A DNA stretch of 64,000 bases, from contig MU053379.1 in assembly GCA_013239625.1 (NCBI GenBank), forward strand, positions 2,834,866 through 2,898,865. The letters are read 5' to 3'. A program made the position numbers and the translations under genes. Positions 13,501-26,575 of the stretch are shown here, piece by piece. The notes below the pieces were generated by a model. That model saw nothing but the letters and a program-made list of their open reading frames with translations, had not been told where the DNA came from and made no database searches. The stretch comes from Lama guanicoe (taxonomy: Eukaryota). Numbering within the stretch: the stretch's first letter is position 1; each line of letters starts with the position of its first letter.

Positions 13501-16195
13501 AGGAAACTGATGCAAACAACTGCTTTTGGACCCGTCACTGTCAGGGCTGGTGTCCGGGAGTGCAAATGGGATGAACAGAATCTGCTGAGCACTTTTTCTG
13601 CAAGATTTTTTTTTAAAGCTCTTCAGTGAAAGACACTTTATTGAAAGATCACCTCCAACAGCAAATGCGCTTTCCATCTCTCTTCTAGGGTTGAGGGTGT
13701 GTAAATGCAATGAGAGCTGCCTGGCACCTGAGAGGAAACCTTGTCTCCTCCGAGTCTTCCCACAAGCTCAGCGTAGCTCAGGGGGGTCTCCAAAGGGCAC
13801 GTCTGTACTTTCTGAGAAATAGGAAGCAGGCGGTTGCCTGTGGCGTGCGGATCAGTGAGAAGACTGGTTGCAGAGTTTAAGAGGCTACAAAGATTGAGTG
13901 AAGGTGAGGTACCAGGGGAGCTAAACGTGAATTTAAGGAAGTACAGTGATAAACATCCTAAGGAACTTCATGTAAAATATGGGTGGGATTCACTGTTGGA
14001 TTCGAGCCTGTTTTAACTGGAAAAACTGCCAGTAGACCCAGCGGCAGCCACTCCTCGAAGGCTGGACCCTGGCTCAAATTTGTTATCTCTGTTTATCTGC
14101 TGTCTTTACCTCCAGCCCTTAATTTCTGTAGCATCCAGAATTCCACAGACAGCACCAGGATAACTAGATACTATATTTACTCAAGAGCTGGTGCCCAGGC
14201 GGGGGCTCCTGGGGAACTGGTGGAAGAGCCAGGCCTTCACCCCAGGTCTCCCTCCTGGTCCCAGGCGTTCAAAGATGGGAGTGACATACAACATTCATCA
14301 GCCCCTAATGATCTCTCGTGGGAAAGCAGTTGCTGGAGTAAGAATGTTCTTTAGTCACTTGGATTTCACAGGTTAAAAAAAAACAAAAAAACAACTTTAA
14401 TGTTTAAAAAAAGCCCAAAATAGAAATAATTACAGTACAAGGCTCAAGACTGGACAGCCCTGCCCAAGATGCAGCTCTGATCTGGAGATGCAGCGACAGT
14501 TTGGGTAGGGAGGGAAACAGTGCCTGAAATTCATACACACACAGGCCCCTGGCAGCCCTCGCCCCGGGATGTTTCAGGGGCACGGAGCTCGGTGGGAGGG
14601 ACATGAGGAGCACACATCACACGTGGAATGTGGCCCAGGAAGGCTGCTGTGATCTGAGCCACAAGCTGCAGCCTCCAGGGTCCCAGGACTGTCACCTGAG
14701 CCCCCTCCTCGCATGACGTGCTGCAGGCTGCCTCTGATTAGAGCTATCGACTGCTCCCCGCAGGAGGGTCTCGCTGTGGGAAAGGAAGGCGGGCACAGCA
14801 GACAGCACCAGCATCGATCGGTTCCGGCGGGGGGCTGAGCTTCCAGATGAGGGTCAGCGCTCCTTCACACCACCTGGAGGAGTCCCTGTGCCGTGTGCAG
14901 CAGGGCACCGGGAGGTGGGGCAGCAGGCCAAACGCCAGAGCCTGGGGGCTGCCTTCTCTCCTCTCGCCATCACCCGACCTCTCAGAGAAGCCGAGGACGC
15001 CGAGTGAGATCTCAGGCGGCAGAAACCCAGGCTGAGTATTTGTGCTTTCCTTCAAGGCAGACGGACCACTGCCTAACGACTGAGAGGCTCGCAAAGCCAG
15101 GACATCAGCTCTTACCAGACGACACAAAACCCCTTCCCCACTCAAAGTCAACCCCTCCCTCCGCTTAAAGCTGAATATTTAAAAACTGGCCCACATTGAA
15201 AAACATTCTCCTTAAGGGCATCTCAGTGATACAAATGGCTTTCAAAAGATTTTTGTGGAGACAAACTTCCACAGGCACAGACACACAAACTCAACTAAAA
15301 AAGCTGAGTAAAAGTATGAGGTCCTTCATGATCCGTGATGCTCGAAGGCAACATAAAATTAAAGGATTAATGAGGGCAGGCTAAAATGAAGATAAGGAAC
15401 CCCCCCAAATTAAGCTAAGAACAAAATGCACCCTTTAAATGTGTGTTTCTGTGGACGTGAGAGCAGAGTGAACTCGGTTTTATTGCTTTTATATTAAATT
15501 CTTTGGATTAGAAGTCATTTAAAATCAGTTATCTCTTTTTGGCCTCCATTATAAGTCATTTCCTCCTCGTGCACAGAAAGACATCTTGGGTAATTACATA
15601 AATGGTACTAGAGTCCACTCTCCCCTAATTAGAAATTCCTTAAAGTGCCTGCATTTTGGATGTTAATTGAACTGACACCCTCTGAGTTCTTGTATGTTGG
15701 ATACTGGGGCAAGAAAGGGAGGAAGACGTGCTCTTTGCCTTCAAGGAGCTCCCTGTCCAGGGTCAGGGTGAGGGCATCAGGGTGCTGGGCACTGTGCTGT
15801 CTGTGGAAGGCAGGCAGGGGTGCCCACCAGCCACCCCACTCCCTGCACGGCAGGCTGCTGCTGCCCTCAACAGGCTGATCCTCCTCCCGCGATCTGGGCT
15901 GGCCTAGGGACCTGCCTTGTCCAACAGCTCTGGGACTTCCAAGGCTGGACTGGAGAAAGCCTCGGGCCTTCCACCTGGGTCTCTCAGAGCCCCGAGCAGC
16001 CCTGTGTGAAGTCTGGTGGCTGTGAGAATACCTGAGCTAGCCTAGTGGGGAGGCTGCCAAAGAGTGAGGGATGTTGGGCTGCCATGCAGCTGCTCCAGCT
16101 GCTCCAGCCCAGATGCAGACACGTGAACCGTTCAGCTGAGCCTGGTCAACCCAGAGGACTGTGTGCGAGGTCCCCCTCCAACATAAGCCCTTCCA

Positions 16196-16800
16196 ACATG
16201 CACCCCAGTGTTCACAGCAGCACTATTTACAGTAGCCAAGACATGGAAGCAACCTAAATGTCCATCGACAGATGACTGGATGAAGAAGATGTGGTACACA
16301 CATACACACACACACACGAATATTACTCAGCCATGACAAAGAGAGAAATAATGCCATCTGCAGCAACATGGATGGACCTGGAAATGATCATTCTAAGTGA
16401 AGTAAGTCAGACAGAGAGTATGTGGAATCTAAAAAATATATATAAATTCTACTTACAAACCAAAAACAGACTCATGGACATAGAAAACAAACTATGGTTA
16501 CCAGAGGGGGAAGAGTGGGGAGGGATAAATTAGGCATTGGGGATAAACTGATACACACTACTATATATAAATAGATAAATAACAAGGTTCTACTATATAG
16601 CACAGGGAATAACTTTCAATTTTTTGTAATAAAATATAATGGAAAAGAATCTGAAAAGAAAAAATATATATGTATGTATATGTACAACTGAATCACTTTG
16701 CTGTACACCTGAAACTAACATTTTAAATTAAAAAAATTTAAAAAAGAGCTAAAACTGAAAAAAACCAAAAAACCAAAAACCAAAAACCAAAAAAAGACAA
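16196..16800 (+). mobile_element. 5'-truncated LINE-1 3' end with A-rich tail (Cetartiodactyla type)
   Basis: gcagcactatttacagtagccaagacatggaagcaacctaaatgtcc; ggggagggataaattagg; A-rich tail 16730-16800. Confidence 0.92.
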
Positions 16801-18789
16801 ACCTCTGCAGAGGCTGACTTTCCCCGGCAGGTCTCCGCTGCCAGGTATGAGAGGACAAGACTAGGAATCATATTAAAATCCTAAAATTCTATTAAAATGA
16901 AAATGTTTTTTATCTAAAATTAGGAAGGAAGTTAAGCTCCACTGAGATTCACCCCATGGCCTGAGCCTGGCTCCCTGCACGCCCGTCTCTGCAGGTGCCC
17001 CAGTCGGGACCAGTCCAGGCTGCGTGAGCCGTCACCACACGGTGAGGGGCCGGGGTTCACAAGACCCTCCACGCCAAGGTTCTGAATTCTGTTCTCACAG
17101 ACGTGAGCCTCCCTCCCACAGACTGTCCGGAGGCAGGTCACGACGTGCAAACCTTTCGTCCACACGTCAGTTGGACCTTTATCTCACGGGAAGGTTCTTA
17201 CAAAGTGCTTGAACATAAAGATGAATTACTCATCTTTCCTTTTTATAGAAAAACAAATGTTCTAAACTTGGTGACGTTTTGTGATGACAAGGGGCTGACT
17301 TCATTCATTCATTCAGCGAGGATTTACTGAACAAATGTTTACTCTGTGGCAGGTGGGGAGACTACAGCCGGGGCGGGTACCCACCCGGGAAACACCGGCC
17401 GGCCTCCGACAGGCGCCCCGTGGTCTGTGACGTGAAAGGTCAGCTCTCCCCCTTGGAGGCCGAGGGCACTGAGCATCCAGCCTCCCCGGACTCTGGGCTT
17501 GCCTCTGAGTGAGGTGGAGACCCCCGAGGAGTGTGACCAGGGCAGCCACGTGGTCTGCCTCCCATTTCAGCAGGCTGGCGTCGGCTGGGGGCAGACGGGG
17601 GGGACCGTCGGGAGGCCACGGTCAGCTGCACAGCCTTAGCTGTTCTCTTAGGGAAAATGCCCTATTATTTCTTCCTAGTAAAGGTGACACTTTGACCTTG
17701 AGGGAAAGAGTAACTGCTCTTGAAAGAAACATGCACTGGAAAGAAAATGTGGGAATCCAAGAAATGTGGGCAAGTGCTGGCCTCAGCACGGGAATTTTCC
17801 AGAAAGCTCTCAGGTCTGTACCACCAAGAAACTCCTAAACAGAACTTCGTAAGCAATTTGTAACCTCCCAAGGGAAGACTTTACTACATTCTCAGTCTGT
17901 TAAAAAATACAACAACGCCACAACTGGTAAGACATCAGGGAAGACAGGAACTTCCCCCCAGACATCTGTCAGGGCCGGCACAGAACTGGTGTCTGAGAAT
18001 CAAAAGTGAGCACGAGGCCCGGCTCCCGGCGCGGACGGCGGCCTCCCGCCCCGCGGGCCTGCGTTTCGGGGCGAGGCTTGGCTGTCAGCCTGAAACTGAG
18101 TATCACAGTAAGCCGGGTTCAGAGGGCGCCTTAAATCGCTGAGTCACAGAGCCCTTAAACCAAGGTTACGAAAATAACGAAGCACACTTCATCCCACTGT
18201 CCTCATTAAAATGCTGTCAGTATCTGAAGCTAAAGCAGAACAACCTCACTCTGTTCAACATAAAACCCTTCCATGATCACTTATTTCACCTTCATCACAT
18301 CCTTTCAGACTCATCACTGAGCTCACGAGATGACGCCATGGCACACTCAGAGCCCAGGGCCTGCATGTACTTTGAGAGACACCTGGAGACACACAGACAC
18401 ATGTGAACAACCTGAAGGTGCAACTAGAAGTAACCTTCTCCCTCAGAGCGCCCACGACCTTCTGATTCTCTCCTGAATCCTGTGTTTCAGGGACTCAACA
18501 AACGCCCCCCGGGCCCCGAACTTCCAGCGCCCGTACTGGCTGGAAGCTGGGGCAAGACCATTCATGCCTGCATCCCACAGTCTAGGCTCGGCCGCAAGGA
18601 TGAGGGCTGGAGGAGGAACCAGGTCACAGGGCGTGTGCGGGGCAGTCCGGGACCTGACCTGCTCTCCGGGCGAGGGCACGTGGTCATGGAGAGGGTGCGG
18701 GGTGCGGGGCCCCCTGCGCTCCACCTGCACCCACCAGCTTGTTCCTGTGTCATTCCCATGACCCCACTGCTTCTCAGGGACAGCACCTG

Positions 18790-19320
18790 GCTGCCAGGCT
18801 TCTCCTGGGCTCTAGGTGTTGGGCACAGAGCAGTGAGCAAAACAAAGTCCTTCCCCCATGCAGCGTTCATGCCAGTGGGAGAAGGAGACAGTCTGTAACA
18901 AACGACGCGCCGTGAGGAGAGCAGGGGCGAGGCCCGGAGGGCTTGCTCCTTTAGATCGCTTTCTCATAGAGGCTTCTGAGCAGAGACCGAAGGGAAGGGA
19001 AGCGGGAACCTGACGCTGACACTGGGGCGGGGTCAGTGGGGGGGTGATTCTCAGCAGAGCATGTGGGTCCTGAGTCTGGAACCTGCTGGCAGGGCCTTAT
19101 GAGGACTCTGGATTCCCTACGGGTGAGGATGAGAAGCAACGGGAGGGCTCTGAGCTGCAATGTGCTCTGGTTTCTGTTTTAGAAGGTAACTCTGGCTGCT
19201 GGAGGGTTTTGCAGGGAGACAGGGAGGAGGCTGCTGCGCTGGCCCAGGGAGAGGTGAGGGACAAGGACGCCCAGCCCGGGCCGGGGGCGGGGGAGGTGCA
19301 AAGCGGCTGGATTCGGGTTA
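18790..19320 (-). mobile_element. L2 fragment
   Basis: ctaggtgttgggcacagagcagtgagcaaaacaaagtcc and ttttagaaggtaactctggctgc resemble L2 3' sequence. Boundaries approximate. Confidence 0.5.
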
Positions 19321-19349
19321 TGTTCCGAGCAATAACCCACATTACACAC

Positions 19350-19445
19350 ACTTCATCCCACAGATCCTGACAATAACCGGGGTGGGGGGGTTATTATCCT
19401 CATTTTACAGATAAGGAACCTGACAGAGATGCAGATACTTGTTAA
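19350..19445. mobile_element. MIR fragment
   Basis: ttattatcctcattttacagataaggaacctga is the MIR core. Confidence 0.7.
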
Positions 19446-22400
19446 AAGCTAAAGAACTTCCAACTGAAACTGTGACACCAGCCATCACACATCACCCGCA
19501 TCAAAAAGGGGACACTGGACCACTGACCCCGCGCTTGCAGGAAACCCGCTGCTGAGGAGGGAAGGAAACGTCACCGGAAGCACAGACTCGACCGCGCGGG
19601 CCCACCGCGCCGCCCGGCGGTACCGCCCAACGTGGAATCCAGAGAAAGACTTTACGCTGCATTCGCGTGTCCTCTTACAAACCCGAAGTCTGCTGTCCCA
19701 CTGAGCTATCACTGGGGAGCCCTGCTTAAACAACGCGTCCACGTGACAAACCCGCCCGGGAACCGGGGGCGCCCACAGCCACTGAAGCAGCAGATCTGCC
19801 GCCGTATTGACTGCGGCCTAACGGGTGAGAACTGGGGCAAATGAATCCAGGAAAAGGAGTGATGAAAGGGCGCGCGCGTTTACTCAGAGGAAGCCAGTAA
19901 ATTAAAAGCAGAGCACATCGCATTCTGATCTCACAGGCGCTAAAACCAACACTCGGAGGAGCCTGAAATTCTACAGAAAGTAGGGCAGTTTCTGTGCAGT
20001 GTTTATGCACAAAATATAGGCTTCTGTTGGACAAAATTACAACACACAAATACAGAAATAATCCGCTTTCTTCACTCTGATCATTTAAATACTGTTTTCT
20101 GATGTAGACTTCTGAGGTGCACATAGGTGGTTATATGCAGAGAATGAGAGAGGCATAAATTCTATTTTCCCAAATTTATGAGTAGATAGAATTTCCAAGA
20201 CATTCTAAAGAGGCTCTCCTTTTTTTAAAGGAGTCTAAAATCCTCTGAAAATATTCCTTAAATTTAAAACTAATTTCCATGTCTTCCTCGCATTCATTTT
20301 AAAATCGGTTTCTTGGAAGTATAAATTCAGTTTCACTAAGTTCAGTTCATTTCATTTAAAATACGTGATGGAAACTACACACGCATCCTCGTTGTCTCCT
20401 CCCAGCCCAGCTGAACTCTCATCAGCAGAACACAGCGTGTCGACAGCCTTCCTCGTCTGGGAGAAAGTCCTGTTCTCGGACGCTGAAGGCAGAACGCGCT
20501 GGTGAGTGGCAGCGGCCCTCCCCGGCAAGCCTGCGCCTTCTTTGAATTCCACTGAGGATGGCAGTTTGGATGGAGACCCCAAAATCTATTCTGTCCATCT
20601 GTTTTATTATTCTTAGAACAACTGTCAAAAGTTGCCCAGGGATCAAGTTGCAAACATACTAATTTGCCTTTGAAAAGTAGGCCCTGGGGGAGTTCTGGAA
20701 CTCTGCTTATAAATTCAGAATCCCATCAGCCAGCGAGCCTGCCTGCCCTTTGTGGAGGTATGAGACTTCGCACTCCCAGGCACACATCTGCTTCCACGCC
20801 AGGATGCGCTGATAGACTTACAGCCCACTTCATAGGCAAATGAAGGGAGAACCAGAGGGACTTGGCATCTCGAGGGCTGGCTTGTTCCATGGCGAGGAGA
20901 CTCTGTTTCTGAGGAAGCAGCCCCTCTATTGATCACTGATGGATTAAGGATGAAAGCTTTGCAATGGAGAGTTTAAACGAGCAGACGAGGCAGAGGGACA
21001 CATGTACTGTCTCCTTTTACATCCTAAGGCCAAATTAGGAAGATCGCAGACTGAAATGAAGCATTGGAAGAAATAAGCTGAAGTCAGGGAAATATCACAA
21101 ACCACTAAATACTGCACTGTTTCCCTGTGATTCTGATGAAAGTGACAGGAAGGTCGTTTGGACGTAGGTGACACCAGCGTGGACATTCGTGACACCGATG
21201 TCCAAGGGTGTGTCTGATTAAAACAGTGTGGCCTTTTGGAAACTTGCCACTCTGGTGGGAACTAAGGCAGCTGAGTCCTTCTCAAGTTAAAGGCACGTGC
21301 AAAATACAACATCAGGTCCACCGTGTCTCCATAGTGGTCCCCATCCGGACGCCTGGTCGCAGTCGGGGTAGGGGATGGTGCGGGCACCAGCACTGACTCT
21401 CACAGCTTCCGTCCTTCCCCTACCCCGGCCTCAGTGGTCTCCGTCAAGTCTCAGGGAGTAAAGCTAAATGCTTTCAAAGCACAGGACCCCAGAAACACAT
21501 TTGAAGCACAACATTCAAAGTCCCCATTTCAGAGTTTGGTAAAATTGAACAGGGTGAACCAGAGAGGACATCCTTTCAAGGCGGACCTGGTGGCACCTGG
21601 GGTGTTCTCACCCACAGATCACCAAAGAAGTATTCTGCTTTGATGGAAAATTTACTAGAGTGTGTTGCAAATTACTCCAGCGCTGAAATCTGCTGGGAGC
21701 TCGCTGCAGACGCTAAGGCAGACGGGCACAGAAGGAATCACCATTTGGACTTGCCGGCTTTGTCCTTCTTTGGCGCTGCACAATCTCTTATTATAATAAG
21801 GCATGTATTATCCTTTTTGGAGATTTGAATAACAGAAAGTCTCACTTTCAAATATATCGCTTATAATCCCAGAGTCTACTAAATGTTCTGGGACACTGTT
21901 TATGGCATTAGGTTCCTTTTAAAATGGGGCTGATAATTAGTAAACTGAAATTTGATTAATGTTGGATGAAGAAGTTCTGATGTCTCCTTGCAATGTGTTA
22001 TTTCAGTCTGTGGGCACTGGAAAGAGCTTGTCCTCAGGAAACACATTCCTTCCCCTTTTCAGGATGGGAGGATGAATTTAAAATCCTGATATTTTTCAAA
22101 ACAGGATTCAGTTTGTAATCAACAGTTCGTAATGTAGGATTCAGTTTTTTTTTCTCTCACTCTTTTTTGTTTGTTTTCTCACTTTGAAGCTGGAGCCAAT
22201 GAATTAACTATTTGAGAGAGAACAAAACAGACGAGAAATAAAAGTCTTCCTCCAAAACCGCCCAGGGTGGGCCCCCCTAGTCCTGGGGAGGGACCTGGCA
22301 CGTCAGATGGTCAGGTGGACTCAGCCCTCACCAACATCAAGCACAGAATTCTGAGACTACCACGGCTTCTCTGAAACATACAAATATCAAAGCCTGTGAA

Positions 22401-24068
22401 AATGACCTCCAGGCAATATTTGCAGGAAAAATTTTAAAGTAGTATCACCCTGTCCTCCTCATAGTTAAGGGTTAGGGATAACTCTTGTAGTTTTGCTAGG
22501 ATTATGAAAAAGTTTGTGATGGCCAGAATTTTTTCCAAGCTCCGTGGCCAAAAGGTTCCACATTTCCTCTTCGCCTGAGTTTTAAAATTCACACTCTAGT
22601 TTGCCTGCTGCTGCGGCGTATGTAAGATCCAGGAGCAACGGCTCCCTCGGAGGCAGTGTGAGTCCCAGAGTCGCCGTCTGACCACTAGAGAAATCTTGTC
22701 CTTTACGGAATGACCCTCTCTCTTTGAACATGCAGACATTAATAAATGTTAAATGCCCAGAAATCCTAGCGGCCCTATGAGACAGGTGAGCAGGGTCAGC
22801 AGATACCCTCCCGCCTGCTTTTCTAGCATCTTGCCAAGTGCAAAATTTATTTGGGAACAACAGCGGAATTTGTGTCATCATGACCAAATGATTACAGTGC
22901 AAGCCGAGATTCTCCTGGGGCCCAGCAGGCTTCTGGTCCCTATGGAAACGCAGCCTCAGACACTGTCCTCCACTCGGCTGGAGGGCGGCGCCCGAGGCTT
23001 TTGTGCCGCTGAGGTTTCTTCCACAGCCTTCCAGCACCAGACCCCGCGCTTCCTCCCAACTCCCTTCTAATTGAGATGCAAATTAATCTCTCTGGCTGAT
23101 TACACTCCCCTTAAAGCTACTGACAAACGCAGCTGTAACCAGAGTTCGTGGACTTCCCAACAAGTGACTTCAGCTGTCAGCGTTCGCCTGCGACACTGGC
23201 CGGTGGCGCGGGGCGGGGGCTGCGAGGGCCTCCCGGGTCTCCTGGCGGGCTATGTCTGCTGTGAAGTTCACACACAGTTGCCAGTCACGAAGACAACCGG
23301 ACGACCGGCCCGTAGGGTTTAGAAACAGACTCCAGGCCAGGGTTAAATATTTAGGGTCTCCAGATGCACCCCCTCAACCGTGCTGGGCGCCAGCCCCCTC
23401 CCACAGGCCCTGGGACACCCCACCTTTGCTTCCTGTCTGCGGTTTTCTGACTTGACAATGAATCCATCTCTCTGACTGACCACATGCATGGCTCTAAGCA
23501 TGTGGGATTACCAAATAGCCTTCGCTTCTCATCGCTCTCAGTAAAATTCTATTAATTTAAAATCAAATACAAAGTCGCATTCTGATTGCCGGGATTTCCA
23601 CATAAACGTCCTCCAGTAACTTTTGGGGTGGTGAGGAAGGCGTTATTATTTAGAACGCAGTAGAAAAGTAATTTGCACAAAACACCCTGTCGTTCAATAT
23701 AAAGACACACAAAATCCAATTTTTCAGTAAAATGCGAACTTTTTCCTCTTGAATACAACTATCTATGTGTTTTTGAAACGTAAAACTGGTTCAAGAACTG
23801 ATTACTGAGCACGCGCTACGTGCCCGGTGCTGTCCCGAGGGCTGGGGATTGGCTGTAAGATAAACACTCGAAAATGGGGGGAAAGGACTTAAAATGTACC
23901 TATCTGTACATACACAGATACAGGTTCTGTTTGCAGAGTTCTATTTCTAATTTTGAAAAAATGCAATTTTATAAAATATGAGTTGCTTTTGTTGTTTGTC
24001 TTCCAAAATGCTTTTTTTTAAAAGCAAACTAATCTCCACCCTCACCCCCCCCGGCCCCATTTCTCCCT

Positions 24069-24117
<49 letters not shown>
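24069..24117. repeat. Compound (TC)n(AC)n microsatellite
   Basis: Seen directly. Confidence 0.97.
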
Positions 24118-24118
<1 letters not shown>

Positions 24119-26498
24119 CGTACCAGGAGGCAGATGTGGGAGGAACCCCAAGAGGATGGGCAGCTTCCAGTACAACTAGGGGATGGGAGAGGGTGGGGAG
24201 GAGGGGCTGGCAAAGAGCCTGGAGGGCGAGGTGGCCGGGGCAGGCGGCCAGCCCTTGGGGGCGGGCATCAGAGGGGCTGGGAGGGGAATCCACGGGGGCT
24301 GCCGTAGCCCGAGGCCCCGCAGGGGTAAGCAGCACCCCCTGGGACGGAAGGGATGAGATGGGGTGGCCCAGCCACGGACCCGAGTGGGAAGAGAGGGAGC
24401 TGGGGCTGGCGTCCGCCTGGTTTCTGCGCGGACTGTCAGGTTTATGACAGCCTTTCCTGAAGGGATGGGTGTTTGCCTAAGCCACCCAACAGCAAAAGCA
24501 GCAAGACGGCTTTCTTCTCCGCGCCCCCCACCCCCCGGAGGGCTTCCCTGCACCACCGTGCGCCTCTTCTGGGCCTCCATCCCGGGCACGGGGTGGAGGG
24601 CAGCGCCCGCCCCAGGGAGCCCACCTTTCTCGCGGGGGCCTTCGGCAAGTCCCGGGAAGCAGGGAGCAGTCTCCAGCCTCTGTCTGAGCACCTGTGACGG
24701 TGAAAGTACGTCCAAGGCCCAACCCCACAGTGGGTGGTTCCACGCTTTAGAGCAGAGGTTCGAACTCTGACGTCCACGGGGCCCAGGCTGGCAGGGCGAT
24801 GAAGATAACTGCTGTGACACTTACTGGGCCCTCTCCCAGGACCAGGCACTGTTCATCTGCGGGGCCCACCGACCCCCTTGCTCCCTCAGAGGGAGACCAG
24901 GCGGGCTGCGGTGAACAGGGGGCAGTACCCAGCCAGTCAGGAGACGGACCGCTGCCAACAGCAAAGGAGGCCCTGGGAATCAGAGGCTCTGCTTCTTCCA
25001 GAGAAGTCAGAAATCTAGATTTTCTAAAATGCAAAAATCTCTCAACTTTTCAACATGCCTGACAAACTCAATTTTGACGAGTAATGCTGGAGGCCCCTGC
25101 GGCTCCAACAAAGCCCACCCGGGGGCTGAATTTGGCCTGCAGGCAGCTGGCCTGTGGGCCCTGGTTTTTGCATGTTTGCTTTGACATTGAGCTAAAACCC
25201 GCTTCCCAACTGTCTCTGTTCATGGTCCCCAGTGCTGCAGCCTGGTCTCCTCTTAAACCCCCAGGATCCTGAGACAACGCCTCCCTGGGTTTAACGGCTC
25301 CCCAAGATGTCAGGCACCATGGTCCCAGTTCCCCTGGACTTGCTCTGGTCCTGGAGTGGCACCCCACGTCTACCATGAGGCCTGAGGCCAGGCCTTTGTT
25401 CCTCGTGCCGCGGCCTTAGAGCACACCTGTGGGGTCAGCCGCTGGGCCACCCTCGTCCCTCATCTCAGATCTGAGCTCAACCACGACCCTCGGATGGACG
25501 TGTGTGACAGCGACCGCCAGCTGCCGCGCAGCACCACCCTCAGCCTGCATGGACACTGATTAGCTGAACCCGAGGGCGGGTTGGTTTAGACTTGGAAGTC
25601 CGGCTGCTGAGATAACCCTCGTGTCTGATTTTGCCCTGGGTCAAGTTAGGTAGCCCTCTCAGCTTTCTTACAAATGGTATTTTGGTAAACAGGTGTTCTG
25701 GACCTTTGTGAAAGTCGCTGATGAGGAAGTCACTGGAGGGAGGAGGGCCTGACGGGACAGCACCAGCCCAGGGGGATGGGCGTGTCCAGGAATGACGGCG
25801 CACGGAGGCCACCCAGCTCCCATGGGCTCGCACTTCCCTCTCACACCTGCTAGGCGGTTATGATCCTGTCTGGTGTTTCACCAAAATTAAGATTTATGTT
25901 CATAAGCTTTCTCTAATCTCTGAAAACAGTAATCGTACCACAGTGTGTTTGGGATATTTTATTCTGCGTGAATTCAGTGTTTTCTGAAAGCTCACAAGCT
26001 GTTTAATATTTATCAAGTCTTAAAAATTTTACAAGGATTCCAAAATTCATCCTTTATCCCTATTTGAAAATGAGGAAAATAGTTCCCTGTGTTCAGTTCC
26101 GGGTGTGTCCTTTATTTTGCATGACTTTTGAAAAATCAGTTCTCGTAACGTGCTCTACAACCAGACAAATGTGGCCTTGGAGGCTGGACGTTACTTGCAG
26201 GGGCCAATTCTTTTTGGTTTGTTTGTTTTGTCTTGTTGTGTTCTCAGGGTCTTGAGGGTTTTTTTTAAATCAATATGTGGTCAATAACATCTAATAAAAT
26301 TCTAGAGCCACTTCAAGGAAAATCTCAAAAGAAACAGGAAAACATGAACATGGCTTAAATATGCTAAAACTATTAACCAAAACAACAACAAAACAAACAA
26401 ACAAGAGCAGCAGCATTTATAAAGCACAATGCTAAAGCCGTTTCCCCTGAAATCAGAAACAAGACCACGACATCAACTTACACTATTTTTGTTCAAAA

Positions 26499-26575
26499 TT
26501 GGCTGAATTGTGTTCCCTCAGAATTCACGCTAAAGCCTTCACCTCCCACGTGACTGCACTGGAGGTGTGGCCTCT
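26499..26575 (+). mobile_element. MLT1-like (ERVL-MaLR) LTR 5' fragment
   Basis: ggctgaattgtgttccctcagaattca...gtgactgcactggaggtgtggcct resembles the recalled MLT1 LTR start. Confidence 0.55.

Noticed and set aside
22434..22470. Minus strand CCTTAAC-TATGAGGAG, resembling a U12 branch point and the YEE start of the next exon
   Set aside because: No AG or spacer between the motif and the putative exon. It reads YEEDRVILL-stop, not YEERALY.
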